Shown here in pieces: positions 37,765 through 50,322 of a stretch of 64,000 nt of DNA; positions within the stretch are counted from its first letter, which is position 1, and each line of letters opens with the position of its first letter. Origin of the DNA: Hemiscyllium ocellatum (lineage: Eukaryota); contig NC_083411.1 of the NCBI RefSeq assembly GCF_020745735.1, positions 23,395,263 to 23,459,262 on the forward strand, given 5' to 3'. Both the position numbers and the translations under genes were made by a program. Under the pieces are notes generated by a model, which was given only the letters and a program-made list of their open reading frames with translations, was not told the origin of the DNA and did no database searches.

Positions 37765-38045
37765 TTTCATACAATCATGGAGTGATGGAAGATAAAGTGA
37801 AAATAGAGACCATTCAGCCCACTGAGACTGCACTGATCCTCCCTAGGGCCATAACCATGCATTTAGCATGGCCAATCCAGCGAACCTGTACATTGTTGGA
37901 CTGTGGGAGGAAACTAGAGCACCCAGAGGAAACCTATGCAGACATGGGGAGAATGTGCAAATTCCATACGGGAGTCACCCAAGGACTAGAATCAAACTGG
38001 GGTCCCTGCTTCTGTGAGGCAGCAGTGCTAACCACCAAGTCACCC
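37765..38045 (-). mobile_element. HE1-type SINE, internally deleted
   Basis: gactgtgggaggaaactagagcacccagaggaaacc..gaggcagcagtgctaaccac. Confidence 0.85.
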
Positions 38046-38303
38046 CAAAGATTTGAAATCATTGCTGAGTTTGAGTAGACAGCATTTCGCTGGAACAAGG
38101 GCCTCATCCCATAACGTATGGCATGAATTTTTTTAGAGTGGATGCAAATACCAATAAATGGGGGCATGTTCTATGAAAACTGTCAAGATGTTATTTAAAA
38201 TTCTTTTAAATTTTGTAAAATGCCTGTCTGTGTCTGGGAGCTGAAAGAAATTTCTGCTTACTGATTCAGCAGTTGTTTGGTGGCATAAGCCTTCATGTTA
38301 TTA

Positions 38304-38885
38304 GGATGGCACAGTGTCTCAGTAATTAGCACTGCTGCCTCCCAGCACCAGGGACTGGATTCAACTCCATCCTTGGGTGAATGTCTGTGTGGAGTTTGCA
38401 CATTCTCCCTGTGTCTATGTGGATTTCCTCTGGGTGCTCCAGTTTCCTCCCAGAGTCCAAAGATGAGCAGGTTTAGTGGATTGGCCATGCTACATTGCCC
38501 ATAGTATCTAGGGATGTTCAGTCTAGGTGGATTAATCATGGGAAATACAAGAATGGGGTACTGGGGTAGGTCTGGGCGGGATGCTCTTTAGAGGATCAAT
38601 GTGGACTTGATGGTCTGAATGGCCTGCTTCTAGATTAGAGTGGTGCTGGAAAAGCACAGCAGGTCAGGCAGCATCCGAGGAGCAGAAAAATTGACATTTC
38701 GGGCAAAAGCCCTTTATCAAGAATGGAGCGATGAAGGGCTATTGCCCAAAACATCGATTTTCCTGCTCTTCGGATGCTGCCTGACCTGCTGTGCTTTTCC
38801 AGCACCACTCTAATCCAGACTCTGGTTTCCAGCATCTGCAGTCCTCACATTTGCCTGATTGGTCTGCACATTGTAGGGATTCTAC
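38304..38885 (+). mobile_element. HE1-type SINE interrupted in its tail by a palindromic Penelope pLTR
   Basis: Head ggcacagtg..cagtaattagcactgctgcctc; tail ggcctgcttc (38630) resumes cacattgtagggattcta (38867-38884). Confidence 0.88.
38631..38857. mobile_element. Palindromic Penelope-terminus element (family A), two decayed hammerheads head-to-head
   Basis: Arms ~38633-38718 and ~38730-38815, 11-nt spacer; right arm extends to the pLTR 3' end (cagtcctcacatttgcct). Confidence 0.88.
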
Positions 38886-39754
38886 GATCTAAGATTATAG
38901 TGCCATTCTTGATTGCTCAACAACCTATCATTAGCACAGCAGGGAGTTTTAAGTTCACAGTTTGATTGACAACTCAAAGGGGTTATTAAAGGATTAGCTC
39001 TCTTTGTTGTGTCTTTCTTGTTTTATAAGGGCTTATGCACTTGAGAGTTACTTGTAATCCATGGGCTTTTCTGACTTCTTATGTCATGTTCTGTCATTGA
39101 TACTTATAACATTATCTAATTTCATCTCAGTATAGGTCCTGAAGCCTGCCTATGGTTAATGTTGGATAAGTTGGCATGGAAAGTGTAAGGACGAAGAGTG
39201 ATGAATGGAGGCATGAGTTGGCTTAAATGGGGTACAGGGAATGTTGGATGAGTAAGGGAGTGTGAAGCCCACAGAGTTAGAGATGAAACAATGCAGTTCG
39301 GAAGTCCCAGAGAACTGGATCAGGCCTTTTAACCTCCCACTTTCTGCGCTCAAGAGACCCTATAATTGCCTCCAATTTGTATCTCAGCACATATCCAACA
39401 CCCCTGGAGCAAAGATCCCACCACTGAGTATATAATTTCCCAAGGAAGCCAGTTTTGCAAGCCAGAAAATTTCCTGATTCTCTGCAACCACCTCAGACTG
39501 AGAATCTAGGCCATGGCTGAGTCCCTTGGAGATTAAAGATACATCTTGATTACTGTGATACATAAAAAAAGTCTATTTTGTTGTGTTATGTGATTATCAG
39601 CATGGTAGAGGGTTTTGTTAGTCCAATTGTTCCATGTACTCAGGTGCACATCAAATGAGATGTGTGTTCCCACTGACCACACAGCCCCTTTGTCAAACCT
39701 GCGTTCCATCTCCAGCCTTCTAGTTACTCCTCAAGGCCAGCGGAGGGAATTCTG

Positions 39755-40270
39755 TCTCACTCCTGACTTGTAGATGGTAGACAGCCTTTAGGGAGTCGGG
39801 TGATGTCACAGAATTCCCAGCCTCTGACCTGGTTTTGTACTGATAACTGTTTATATTGCCAGTTTTTGTAAAACTCAAGTTAATGTTAAAATTGATCATG
39901 GAGGATTTAGCAATGGTAATGCCATTCTTTCAGAGAATGTTGGCATTGCTTTCATTGCCAGCATTTGTTGCCTAACCCTAATTGCCTTTGAGTTGGTGAT
40001 GGTCTGCTGGTCTTAAGTTGCTGCTATCAGTCTGGTGTGGAAATGCTTAGATTCTTGGTGGAAATGGACATTAAACGGTACTTATTTGTTCCAAAGGTTC
40101 CCTGCCTGATATCTTCCCATGTTTAAATACTGTCCAGGTTTTTCAGGCATGGATTACATAATTAGGAGGATCAGTGTTTCTTGCCGTGATATGCATGAAA
40201 TGTGATTATTGACTTCCAATTACCGCAACTATCTTCCTTTGAGCTGGGTAGGACCCTAACTAGTGAAGAG
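39755..40270 (-). mobile_element. Scrambled fragments of the jockey/CR1-group LINE
   Basis: tcctgacttgtagatggtagacag..cagaattcccagcctctgacc; 3' tail gccagcatttgttgcctaaccctaattgcc. Confidence 0.6.
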
Positions 40271-41911
40271 TTTATCCTCAATTCTTAGTTCTTTCAGTTG
40301 TACTGGGACTCCTCACTGCCATGTTTGGCAGCGAGATCCAGCAATTTTCTGGCTTAGCCGCAGTGAAACCATAACTAACGGTGTCTTTCAGTACCTGGCT
40401 GCAGGTATCTGAGATTGTAACAACTCTGAATTGAGACAATTTTTAAAATTGTCACAGTTGAGAAGGTGCTGCCATATAATTGACATAATGTATTACAGTA
40501 GTAATGAGGCAGTTCAAAAGAACATTGCTGCACAAGGATATACTTCCCTGATACTCAGGGGTCAGCTCAATGGTGAAGGGAAAATAGTTTCTGCAAAACA
40601 ATACAATAGAGTGATGTAGGTATTGGAAAGACAGCTGGATTGTATTTTCAAAACAAATTCCGATGGATAACATGAAAGCATACTCTACGGAGGAAACGTA
40701 ACCTTCTTAACCTTATCTCTTACATGAAGTAGAATGTAATACCACAGCTTCCTGTGTTGCTTAATCATCCCTTCAGACTTTTGCCATTGAATAATACAGT
40801 AGGCAAAGGCCAAATGCATTAAATTCATTTTGGCTTTCACTGTGTCATTAAATATGCACATCATTACTCTCAAGCATTGAATAGTGTTACATTACATATG
40901 ATCTCTCCATTAATTTCCACATCAGTGAAAACATTCTCTTCTCATAATAGGTGGAAATAATTACTATTCTGCAGCAATGTCAGGATTTTGCAAAATTTTG
41001 TTTTGAAGAGACAAATACTTTGATGCAGCACTATTTATGTCATATTGTAAAATGAGTTTGCCTTGTAATTTATTATAATTCTCTTTTCCAATTACTGCCA
41101 ATCACCGCAGCACTTTGGTGGGCTTATGACCACTGAGGAACTGGATTTAGATCAAACTAATTTTTCTTGGAAAGGCACTCTCTCCCCTTTTTTCACATTT
41201 CAGACTGTTGTTATTTGCTGGTGTTCAATTCCACCAGCAATTCAACAACATGTCTTCTTTTTATGTGAACTCAACCAAGGGAGTCAATTTTGACTTCTGG
41301 TCAATTGACTGGCAGAACTAGATACTCACTTCCATCTTAAGAAGGCCCTGGTAATTTTTGAGCAAGCAGTTTCATTTACATCTGGTTTGGTAAACTGCAG
41401 AAAAGCAACGGATGGCATTGCAAATATCGAATTTGTGTTTCCACATTGGACTGAGCAGCCATTGACATTGGGGTACGGCTCAAGTTATTGGATGAGGTTT
41501 GCCAAGCAATAATACCCTGTTTTTCCAAGGCCCATTAAAAAATTCAACACTTCTTTGGTGGGTCTTGTATTGTAAAGGATTAATTATACTCATTATTAAT
41601 AATTATAGCTACTGACCTTCTGTGAAAGTGGCTCTGTACAGTGACATAAGATCACATGGACTGGAGTCTGACTGCATAAAACTACAGCCCTTCTCTTACC
41701 ATGTCTTGTAAATAGTTCTGTTCAATAAAGCCTGTTCATTTTCACTCACATGAGCATAGTCTTCATACTTCTACATGGCAAGTGGACCTATAAAGCTGGA
41801 GGTAAATGATAGTAGGAGCATTAAGTGAAGCTAAGTGGCAGTACATGGTAAGGGGTAAAACAAGAAACCAGCCCACCAAGCCAACCCCAGCAGTGGGGGA
41901 AATGCCTGAAA

Positions 41912-42212
41912 AGATTAGATTAGATTACTTACAGTGTGGAAACAGGCCCTTCAGCCCAACAAGTCCACACCAACCCGCCGAAGCGCAACCCACCCATACC
42001 CCTACATATACCCCTTAACACTATGGGCAATTTTAGCATGGCCAATTCACCTGGCCCGCACATCTTTGGACTGTGGGAGGAAACTGGAGCACCCGGAGGA
42101 AACCCACGCAGACACGGGGAGAATGTGCAAACTCCACACAGTCAGTTGCCTGAGGCGGGAATTGAACCCAGGTCCCTGGCGCTGTGAGGCAGCAGTGCTA
42201 ACCACTGTGCCC
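41912..42212 (-). mobile_element. Young HE1-type SINE
   Basis: CpG-retaining; box B ggttcaattcc and box A cacagtggtt on -; tail gattagattagatta; highly similar to 61240-61525. Confidence 0.92.
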
Positions 42213-42817
42213 ATGTTTATTGACAACAGGCATTTGTGCTAGATTTCGAAGTCCAATTAAGCATGGAATCGCAGAGAGGGAAAGCCCACATGAAAACTGA
42301 GAAATGTGACAGAAGGTTCACAGCAGAGAACACAGCATGCAACAGGTAACAAGAAAAAAAATCGATCAGCTTTAGAGAGAAAAAAATGCTACATTTAAAC
42401 AAAGGTAGAGGATGGGAACAGATAAACACTCAAAAATTCATCAATATCAGTTACACAAAGAAACAGGATGCAGTCGACCCAATTAGGGAGCCCACCGGCG
42501 GGGCTCACTCCAGACAGTTCCATTGAGGGTTTATTTGCCAAGAGTAAGAGACCAGGTCACAGCTCCTGTGGCAGTGCAGAAAATGTAACACTGACCACTA
42601 CAGTCTGTGGGGATCCCAGCAGCAAGCAATATGCAAGGACAGAATGAACTTTGCTTGGGGGATGTGGCAGGCCGATCACACGTTTTCAACTCTTCTATTT
42701 GCATTAGGATAAATCCACAGGATAAATAATAAATGACAATTAAACTATTTTTAATTTCAATACAAGACAGATGTGGCAATTCCTTTCAATGCTACAGGAC
42801 AGTGAGAGAAAAGGAAC

Positions 42818-43411
42818 ATACAGTCATACGGCACAGAAACTGAATCTTCATTCCAACTTGTCCATGATGAACAAGTTTCCCAAACTAAATCAGTCCCACT
42901 GGCCTATGTTTGACCCATATCCCTCCAAAACCTTTCCTATTCATGTACATGCTGTAACTTTACTTGCATTTACCTCTTCCTCTGACAGTCCATTCCACAA
43001 ATAACCCACTCTCTGTATAAAAAATGTTGTCCCTTTTAAATCTTTCTCCTCTCACCTTAAAATTATGCCCTCTAGTTTTGAACTCCCTATCCTAGAGAAA
43101 AGACCTTTGCTATTCACCCTATCTAAGACTCTCATGATTTTATAAAACTCTGTCAGGTCACCATCAATCATTACACTGTGCTGAAAAAAGTACCAGCCTA
43201 TCCAGACTCTTCTTATAACTCAAACCCTCTTATTCTGGTGACATCCTTTCTGCACCCTCTCCAATTTAATAATATTTTTCCTATAGCAGGGTGACCAGAA
43301 CTGAAAACAGTACTCTGAAAGTGGCATCACCAACATCTTGTACAACCACAACATAATGTCCCAACTCCAATACTCATCGATCTGAGCAATGAAGGGAAGT
43401 GTGCCAAACAT
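42818..43411 (-). mobile_element. CR1 LINE 3' fragment
   Basis: LYKMLVMPLSEYCFQFWSPCYRKNIIKLERVQK. Confidence 0.88.
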
Positions 43412-43523
43412 CTCAGACTATCTTGAACTTGGGACATCTAAGCATATTAGAATCAGAGTGAAAAGGCAGACACATGGTACATTTTGCTACAATGGTTAAT
43501 GGATGAACAAAACCATCATTAAG

Positions 43524-43808
43524 TGGGGCACAGTGGCTAGCACTGCTGCCTCATAGCACCAGGGACTTGGTTTCAATTCCAGCCTTGGGTGACTGACTGT
43601 GTGGAGTTTACACATTCTCCCCTTGCCTGTGTGGATTTCCTCCCACAATCCAAAGATGTGTACGTGTATTGGCCATGCTAAAAGTGCTCATAGTGTTTAG
43701 TTAGGGGTAAAACGTGGAAAATAGATCTGGAAGAGTTACTGTTTGGAGGGTCAGGGTGGACTTGTTGGGTCAAATGGCCTGTTTCCATACTGTAGGGATT
43801 CTATGATT
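43524..43808 (+). mobile_element. HE1-type SINE
   Basis: ggcacagtggctagcactgctgcctc..ggcctgtttccatactgtagggattctatg. Confidence 0.88.
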
Positions 43809-44158
43809 AAAACCCCAATCATTGTGCTTTTTTAAATGAAATGAAACTGCATGTAAAGCTTCAAATATTCCTTGGTGAGCAGATATTAGAGAAACAGAAG
43901 TTGATCCAGTGCACCATGTATCTTTTTTACTGCAGACATTATCTCTGGAAGTGCAAGTACGAAATGTAAGCCTTTTATTTCTTTCAAAGGGGAAACTACT
44001 CATGGCAGAAGGAAAACATGGACCCAAAGGAGGTGACCAGCCAACCAAGAGCATTTCAGACCTTGGTTTGCTCTATCAGAATATAGTCATAGAGATTCAG
44101 GTCATTACCTCATGCATCCTGTCCACTTTCTAAGAGAACGGAGAATGTTCTTGTAGAT

Positions 44159-45283
44159 TGTTACCTCAAGCCAAACAGACTTGTGGTGATGGGGTGTTAC
44201 TGCAGGCAGACAGTCTGCCAATCAAATCAGCCTTTCGACCTCTGTATGCAAACACAATTAAATTAAACCACTGAAGACTCTGGTTTCAACCAGCCTTTTG
44301 AATAATCAATCACTGTGGATAATTCATTCCAAACACAGATTTTCAAAAAGACTTAACAATTTATTAAATACACAATAACTTCAGCAGGCAAAACATTAAA
44401 AAACAAAGTAATATGATTAATCGCTGTCCTTTAAACCTAAAACATTTGTTTTCTGTCTCCATTCACACACAAACAAAAACAGTCATGATTTGGAGATGCT
44501 GGTGTTGGACTGGGGTGTCGCTCCGAAAGCTACTGTGCTTCCAATTAAACCTGTTTGACTATAACCTGGTGTTGTGTGATTTTTTACTTTATAACAAAAA
44601 CAGTGAAGAGATAAATAAAACAGAAAAACTGATCAGATTACTTAAATGGCTTTCACAAAGCATAGCCTCACAGGTATAGATGTGGACTCAGTTGCTTTTC
44701 TTGAATTGTCAATCAGGGTCACCCTCTCAGTTCATTCAGGAAAGAGTAGTGATATCTCTAACTCAACTTTCTATTTCAGGGCTTTCAGAAGCTGATTTGG
44801 AAGATTAGGTGCTATCAGCAGCCAAGTTCATTTCCAGAAAATACAGTTCAGACACAACCCCAATTGAGTTTCCACCCTGATAGACTGAATGTATTTTCCC
44901 AACATCTCAATGGCCATCCAATATCTGCCATCTTCTTGAACACAGGATTTCTTCCAGACTTGCCAGAACCAATGTCCATGCATTGACCTCATTAATACCC
45001 AACTTCTGCTATCTGTTTAAACACAATGATTGTCCCAGGATCACTGTGCCTGATCACTGTGCCTGTAGGAACTCTTTTAATCAAGAATCAGATTGCCATT
45101 AGCCTCCAGGTTTGACTTCACAAATAAACAAAAGCTTGTTCAATCTGTTCTTTCCCTTTTACCATAAGCTGTTTCAGAGTTCACAAGGGATTCGCTGTTC
45201 ACAATTCACAGTTCACAGCTCCAAACAAAAATTTATGGAAGAATAATAATAAAAATAATGAAAAATCAATGAAGATTCTAACA
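44159..45283. mobile_element. Possible solo LTR
   Basis: tgtta...taaca termini, imperfect flank match tagat/tgggt, minus-strand AATAAA near 44361; no family recognised. Confidence 0.25.
44484..44592. mobile_element. Collapsed family C palindromic element with perfect 12-bp TSD
   Basis: tggagatgctggtgttggactggggtg joined to ctccgaaagcta..gtgatttttt (cf. 4516-4727); TSD aacaaaaacagt 44472-44483 / 44593-44604. Confidence 0.85.
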
Positions 45284-45649
45284 TGGGTTGGAGGTGGAAG
45301 AGGCGAACAGTGGGAGGAAAGAATTTAATGTCCACTTTTAAAAGTTCGTGGTTAAATAGAGGACTGAAAGGGGCTTTATTATTGTTACAATCAAATCACA
45401 TGGAACTGAAACTGGAGTTTTTAAGGCTGTTTCAGCATGTCCTCTCTTACCATGCTTTATATAGCTATTTGTAATAAAGTCTATTAATGTTCACTCACAC
45501 GACAGTAAACCTCACATTTCAACAGGCTTCACAAGCTCCATATTCCACAGAACTAAAGGCTTCAACTAATTCTGTCTTAAAATGCCAAATGAGGGATTAT
45601 TTAATCCTCGAAGTCCAAATGCCATGCTAGATATTTTCTAATGAACTTG

Positions 45650-45898
45650 TTTGGAGATGTTATCACACATCTCAGAGCCAGGTGGGACTTTAATTGAGGG
45701 CTCTGGCTCAGATGAAGATGCATGCTGTAATACCAGTGAGCCACAATAGCCCCACAAATGATATGCTTTTTCTCATTAACCTATTTTTCTAATCAACTTT
45801 TCAGGGATGTTATTAGACACCTCTAGAATAGGTGGAACTTGAACTGAGGCCTCTCAGTCTAGGGACAGTGACATTACCACTGCACCACAAGAAGGTCC
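45650..45898 (-). repeat. Tandem dimer of a short tRNA-like SINE head
   Basis: Two units gatgttat.acac..ctc.ga..aggtgg.actt.aa.tgagg.ctct..ccacaa.a at ~45655-45750 and ~45805-45898; second has box A gtggtgcagtgg and box B gttcaagttcc on -. Confidence 0.6.
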
Positions 45899-48364
45899 TA
45901 AATACGATGTTAAAAATGGGCCTGTCATAGGAAGCAGGCGGGCATTTGAACACCCAATGATGGGCCCTTGCCAAAATGGAACTGTCTGAATGGTGTTAAC
46001 AAGGTGTCAAACTTCTCAGCCCCATTGAAAACCAGGCAAAGACCGTGAAAGAGCATGGAAAGAGCATGGCAAGCAATTGCCACCTTGGCACCGCCCAACG
46101 GCCGCCCACACTCTTCAACGGAAGCCGAAACCACTGATGATTTTCTTCTCTTCTCTTGTTGAGTTCCATTGGCATAAATTGTGGCATACATTCTTCTCTG
46201 ACCAGCTAATGCATCAAAAATCTGTCATTTTTCTGACTGAAGACCAGTTCTAGATTTATCTGCTAGGCTGAGGTCATTAGCTGAGTTTCTATGGAGTCTT
46301 TGGAGAAATGCCCACATGATTAGATTTTGAACTTTCTCTAATGAACACAAGTAAAACAACACCTGACTCCCTGCTCAATCACTCATGAGTTTCCAGATGA
46401 AGGAATACATACAACAATCAGCCTGATATATCTGTGCTTTGGAATCCAAGTTCACAGCAGTTTCAAGTAGTCAATAAGTAACATTACTAAAGTTATGTTT
46501 AAATGAATGTTCATGGTATAGATTGTTCCAATTTTCGGATAGTTGGCAGCTCTTGAAATTATAGAACTAGATAATCCACAGTACATTTTTCAGCATCTTA
46601 TAGAATTCCAGTTATTTGGTTATGCGCTGACAATCAAGAAGATCCCACTTAGCGAAGGAAAATGAATACGCAAATTTGTAAACAAGAGTCAAGATTTGAA
46701 AGTAACTTGTTGAACTATTACAGTGGAAAAGGACTAAATCTGTAATAATGATGAGGCAAGGTGTATAAAATGGGATGAAGGAAACTATATTAAGAGGATG
46801 AGGAGTTAGATGGATTAAGGGAAGAGATTTTAATGGGAATATGATAGAAGAGTCAGAGGAACATGAAAAAGTACATTAGAGGGGTTAAAGAAATATGTAT
46901 TAGATGGATGAGTGAAGGTTTGCTCAATAGGATGAGAAAAGATGCAGCATGTGCTGAAAGAAGATTCTTCAGTATTCTGGTCATGATTCTTCGTGCATTT
47001 AATTCAGTACAAAATTGAGTTACAACCCATCCATTATCAAGCTATCTGGAAGGGATCAGGCACTGTCACTTAACAGAAAGAGAACTCCCAACGAAAGTCA
47101 GATTTTCATTTATGTCAAATTGGAAAAGTTCAGTCTTTATCTCTGTCTTTGTACAGAATTTTAAAATAATTAGGCTTAAAATGGAAGCTGTCCTTCCTTA
47201 TCAAATTTCAAAATGGAGTCTGGAAATCTGTGGCAAAATGTGTTGAATAATCTGATCTGGAGTTAGACAGATAAGCAGAAATTATTAGAATACCTCATGT
47301 GCTGAATGTCAGTTGGTGCCTGAACCCCAGTTAAACAGGACTTATACAAATGACCACTGTTCGAACTTTAAAAATGACCACAACCCTTCTCCCTTCCTTG
47401 AGCCCTTTGCCCCGTGTACCCTGTGCCCCCAGCTTTGCATGACTAATGCACAAAGCAACCAGCAGTCCCTTCACTGATATTGGTGCTCAAATCTGTGATA
47501 CCGAAATTCCCAGGACAACATAAGGAACATGTTGGAATTGGTCAAAAGATAGGTGAATGATTGATCTTGCCTCATCCAGTGAGTTCAGATGTCAGTCTGT
47601 AGCTGTGGCATAACATGAGCCCTATGTTATCAAGTTCCTTGTTTCTATTGCAAAACTGCCAATTCTTTATGGCTGCACATACCTACTCATGATAGAGGTG
47701 TCTGTCCTAGAAATGTTCATTCTGTTTCCTTGCTGTACATCTCTGTGACGCTATGACAATTGTCCAGAAATTAACAAACTTAGAAGTTGCCTAACAGCTA
47801 TATTCTCCTCTTGATGTATTAGTATATATTAATTTAATAAATGGGGGGAATATCAAATTCTTCACCCTGATGCCTGAAATGTTTAAAGAAGATTGTCATA
47901 GTAAGACAGGCTTTCAAACACATGATATGAATTTTGGTGTTCTCCCCAGTTGCCCCTGAGTATTAAAATATGTATAGTAAATGTGATAAATCTACAGCTC
48001 AACTTTAAATTTATCTGTAGGTCCAAATCCCAGAGATTAATAATTGGAATTAAAAACATCCAGTTTTTCATTGTCAAGGTTGATATTTCAACTGAACAAC
48101 TGTTTCAACGAAAAAAGACCAAATACCAAACTGCGTAAGAATTAATCAAAAAAGGGAAATATTATCCTCTCTGGGTTAGTCTGATCTTTATTGTATTCAG
48201 ATAAAGGAAGTAAATGTGTCAGGTTAGTTGAGTCTATTATGCTAATCTACCAGAAATAACAATCATCCTTTGGTTGCATGATTTGGTATTGACAGTCTTT
48301 TAAAAAATGCTGAAGAACATGTTGGGCATGCCAGAATATCTTTAATACAATATATGTTTTAAAT

Positions 48365-49625
48365 ATTCTGGAGAGCAAGAACTGATTAGGGATAGTCAGC
48401 AAGGCTTTGTGCATGGGAAAAGCATGTCTCACAAACTTGATTGAGGTTTTTTGAAGAGGTGACAAAGAAGATTGATGAAGGCAGAGCGTTAGACATTGTG
48501 TATGTGGACTTCAGCAAAGCAATTGACAATGTTCTGCATGGTAGACTGGTTAGTAAAGTCAGATTACATGGGATCCGGGGGAGCTAGCTAATTGAGTGCA
48601 AAATTGGCCTGAAGGTAGGTGGTGATAGAGGGTTGTTCTTGGCACTAGAGGCCTGTGACCAGCAGTGTACCACAAGGATCGATGCTGGGTATACTGCTTT
48701 TCATCATTTATATAAATAATTTGGATGTGAATATAGGAGGAATGGTTAGTAAGTTTTCAGATGGTGTACTAGTGTAGTGAACAGTAAAGAAGGTTATCTC
48801 AGAGTACAACAGGACCGTGATCAGATGGGCCAAGGAGTGGCAGATGGCTTTTAATTTAATGTGAGGTGTTACGTTTTGGTAAGGCTAACCAGGCAGGACT
48901 TGTACAGTTAGTGGAGGGCTCTGGGGACTGTTAGCAAACAAAGATACCTGGGGATGCAGGTTCTCATTTCCTTGAAAGTGAGTTGCAGGTAGACAGAGTG
49001 ATGAAGAAGGCATTTGGCATGCTTGTCTTTATTGATCAGTACATTGAGTGTAGGAGTTGGAATGTCATGTTGCAACATTGGTTAGGCCACTTTTGGAATA
49101 TAGCATACAATTCTGGTCACCTTGCTGCAGGAAGGATGTTGTGAAACTTGAAAGGGTTCAGAAAGGATTTACAAGAATGTTGCCAGGATTGGAGAGTTTG
49201 AGTTATAGAGAGAGGCTGAATAGGCTGGGTTTTTTTCCATCAAGTGTCAGAGGCTGCGGGGTGACCTTTTAGAGGTTTATAAAGTCACAAGGAACATGGA
49301 AAGGTGAATAGCCAATGTCTTTTTTTCCAGTGTAGGGGTGTCCAAAATTAGAGGGCATAGGTTTATGATGAGAGGGGAAAGATTTAAAGGGACCTGAAGG
49401 GCAATGTTTTCATGCAGAGGATAGTGCATGTAAGGACTGAGCTCCAGAGGAAGTGGCGGAGGCTGGTACAATTACCACATTTAAAAGACAGCTGTTTGGT
49501 TATATGAATAGGAAGGGTTATAGTGATATGGGCCAAGTTTGGCAAATGGGATTAGATTAATTTAGGATATCGGTTCGGTGCAGGCAAATTGGATGGAAGG
49601 GTCTGTTTCTATGCTGTATGACTCT
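48365..49625 (+). mobile_element. CR1 LINE 3' 1.3 kb, frameshifted
   Basis: SQQGFVHGKACLTNLIE, YVDFSKA, VPQGS, LVRPLLEYSIQFWSP; tail gggtctgtttctatgctgtatgactct. Confidence 0.92.
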
Positions 49626-49744
49626 TCAATTTTCTTTTATTTCTTTGAAATTATGGTAAGGGTGCCAAAGCATGAATGGACTTCATGATTGGATAGCCAG
49701 TGTATGATGTACAGAGAGACATAGACTGTTCCGAGAAAACGTTT

Positions 49745-50322
49745 ATAGAGTCATAGAGATATAAAGCATCGAAACAGACCATTCGGTCCAACCCGTCCAT
49801 GCCGACCAGATATCCCAACCCAATCTAGTCCCACCTGCTAGCACCCAGCCCATATCCATACATGTACCACCCTCTGCGTGAAAAAGTTGCCCCTTAGGTC
49901 TCTTTTATATTTTTCACCTCTCACCCTAAACCCATGCCCTCTAGTTCTGGACTCCCTGACCCCAGGGAAAAGACTTTGTCTATTTATCCTATCCATGCCC
50001 CTCATAATTTTGTAAACCTCTATAAGGTCACCCCTCAGCCTCCGACGCTCCGGGGAAAACAGCCCCAGCTGGTTCAGCCTCTTCCTGTAGCTCAGATCCT
50101 CCAACCCTGGCAACATCCTTGTAAATCTTTTCTGAACCCTTTCAAGTTTCACAACATCATTCCGATAAGAAGAACAATGTCCTGTACTCAATACTCTGAC
50201 CAATAAAGGAAAGCGTACCAAAACCTTCTTCACTATCCTATCTACCTGCGACTCCACTTTCAAGGAGCTATGAAGCTGCACTCCAAGGTCTCTTTGTTCA
50301 TCAAGACTCCCTAGGACCTTAT
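49745..50322 (-). mobile_element. CR1 LINE 3' fragment with internal deletions
   Basis: ORF 49838-50281 LERVQKRFTRMLPGL..RGDLIEVYKIM; tail atagagtcatagag; tail-to-tail with 48365-49625. Confidence 0.92.

Noticed and set aside
37626-38078. 150-aa ORF
   Set aside because: Reads through an antisense HE1 SINE (LDCGRKLEHPEETHAD is SINE-derived)
45039-45064. 13-nt tandem duplication gatcactgtgcct x2
   Set aside because: Ordinary slippage duplication
46720-46960. Purine-rich stretch
   Set aside because: Low complexity with no periodicity or open frame
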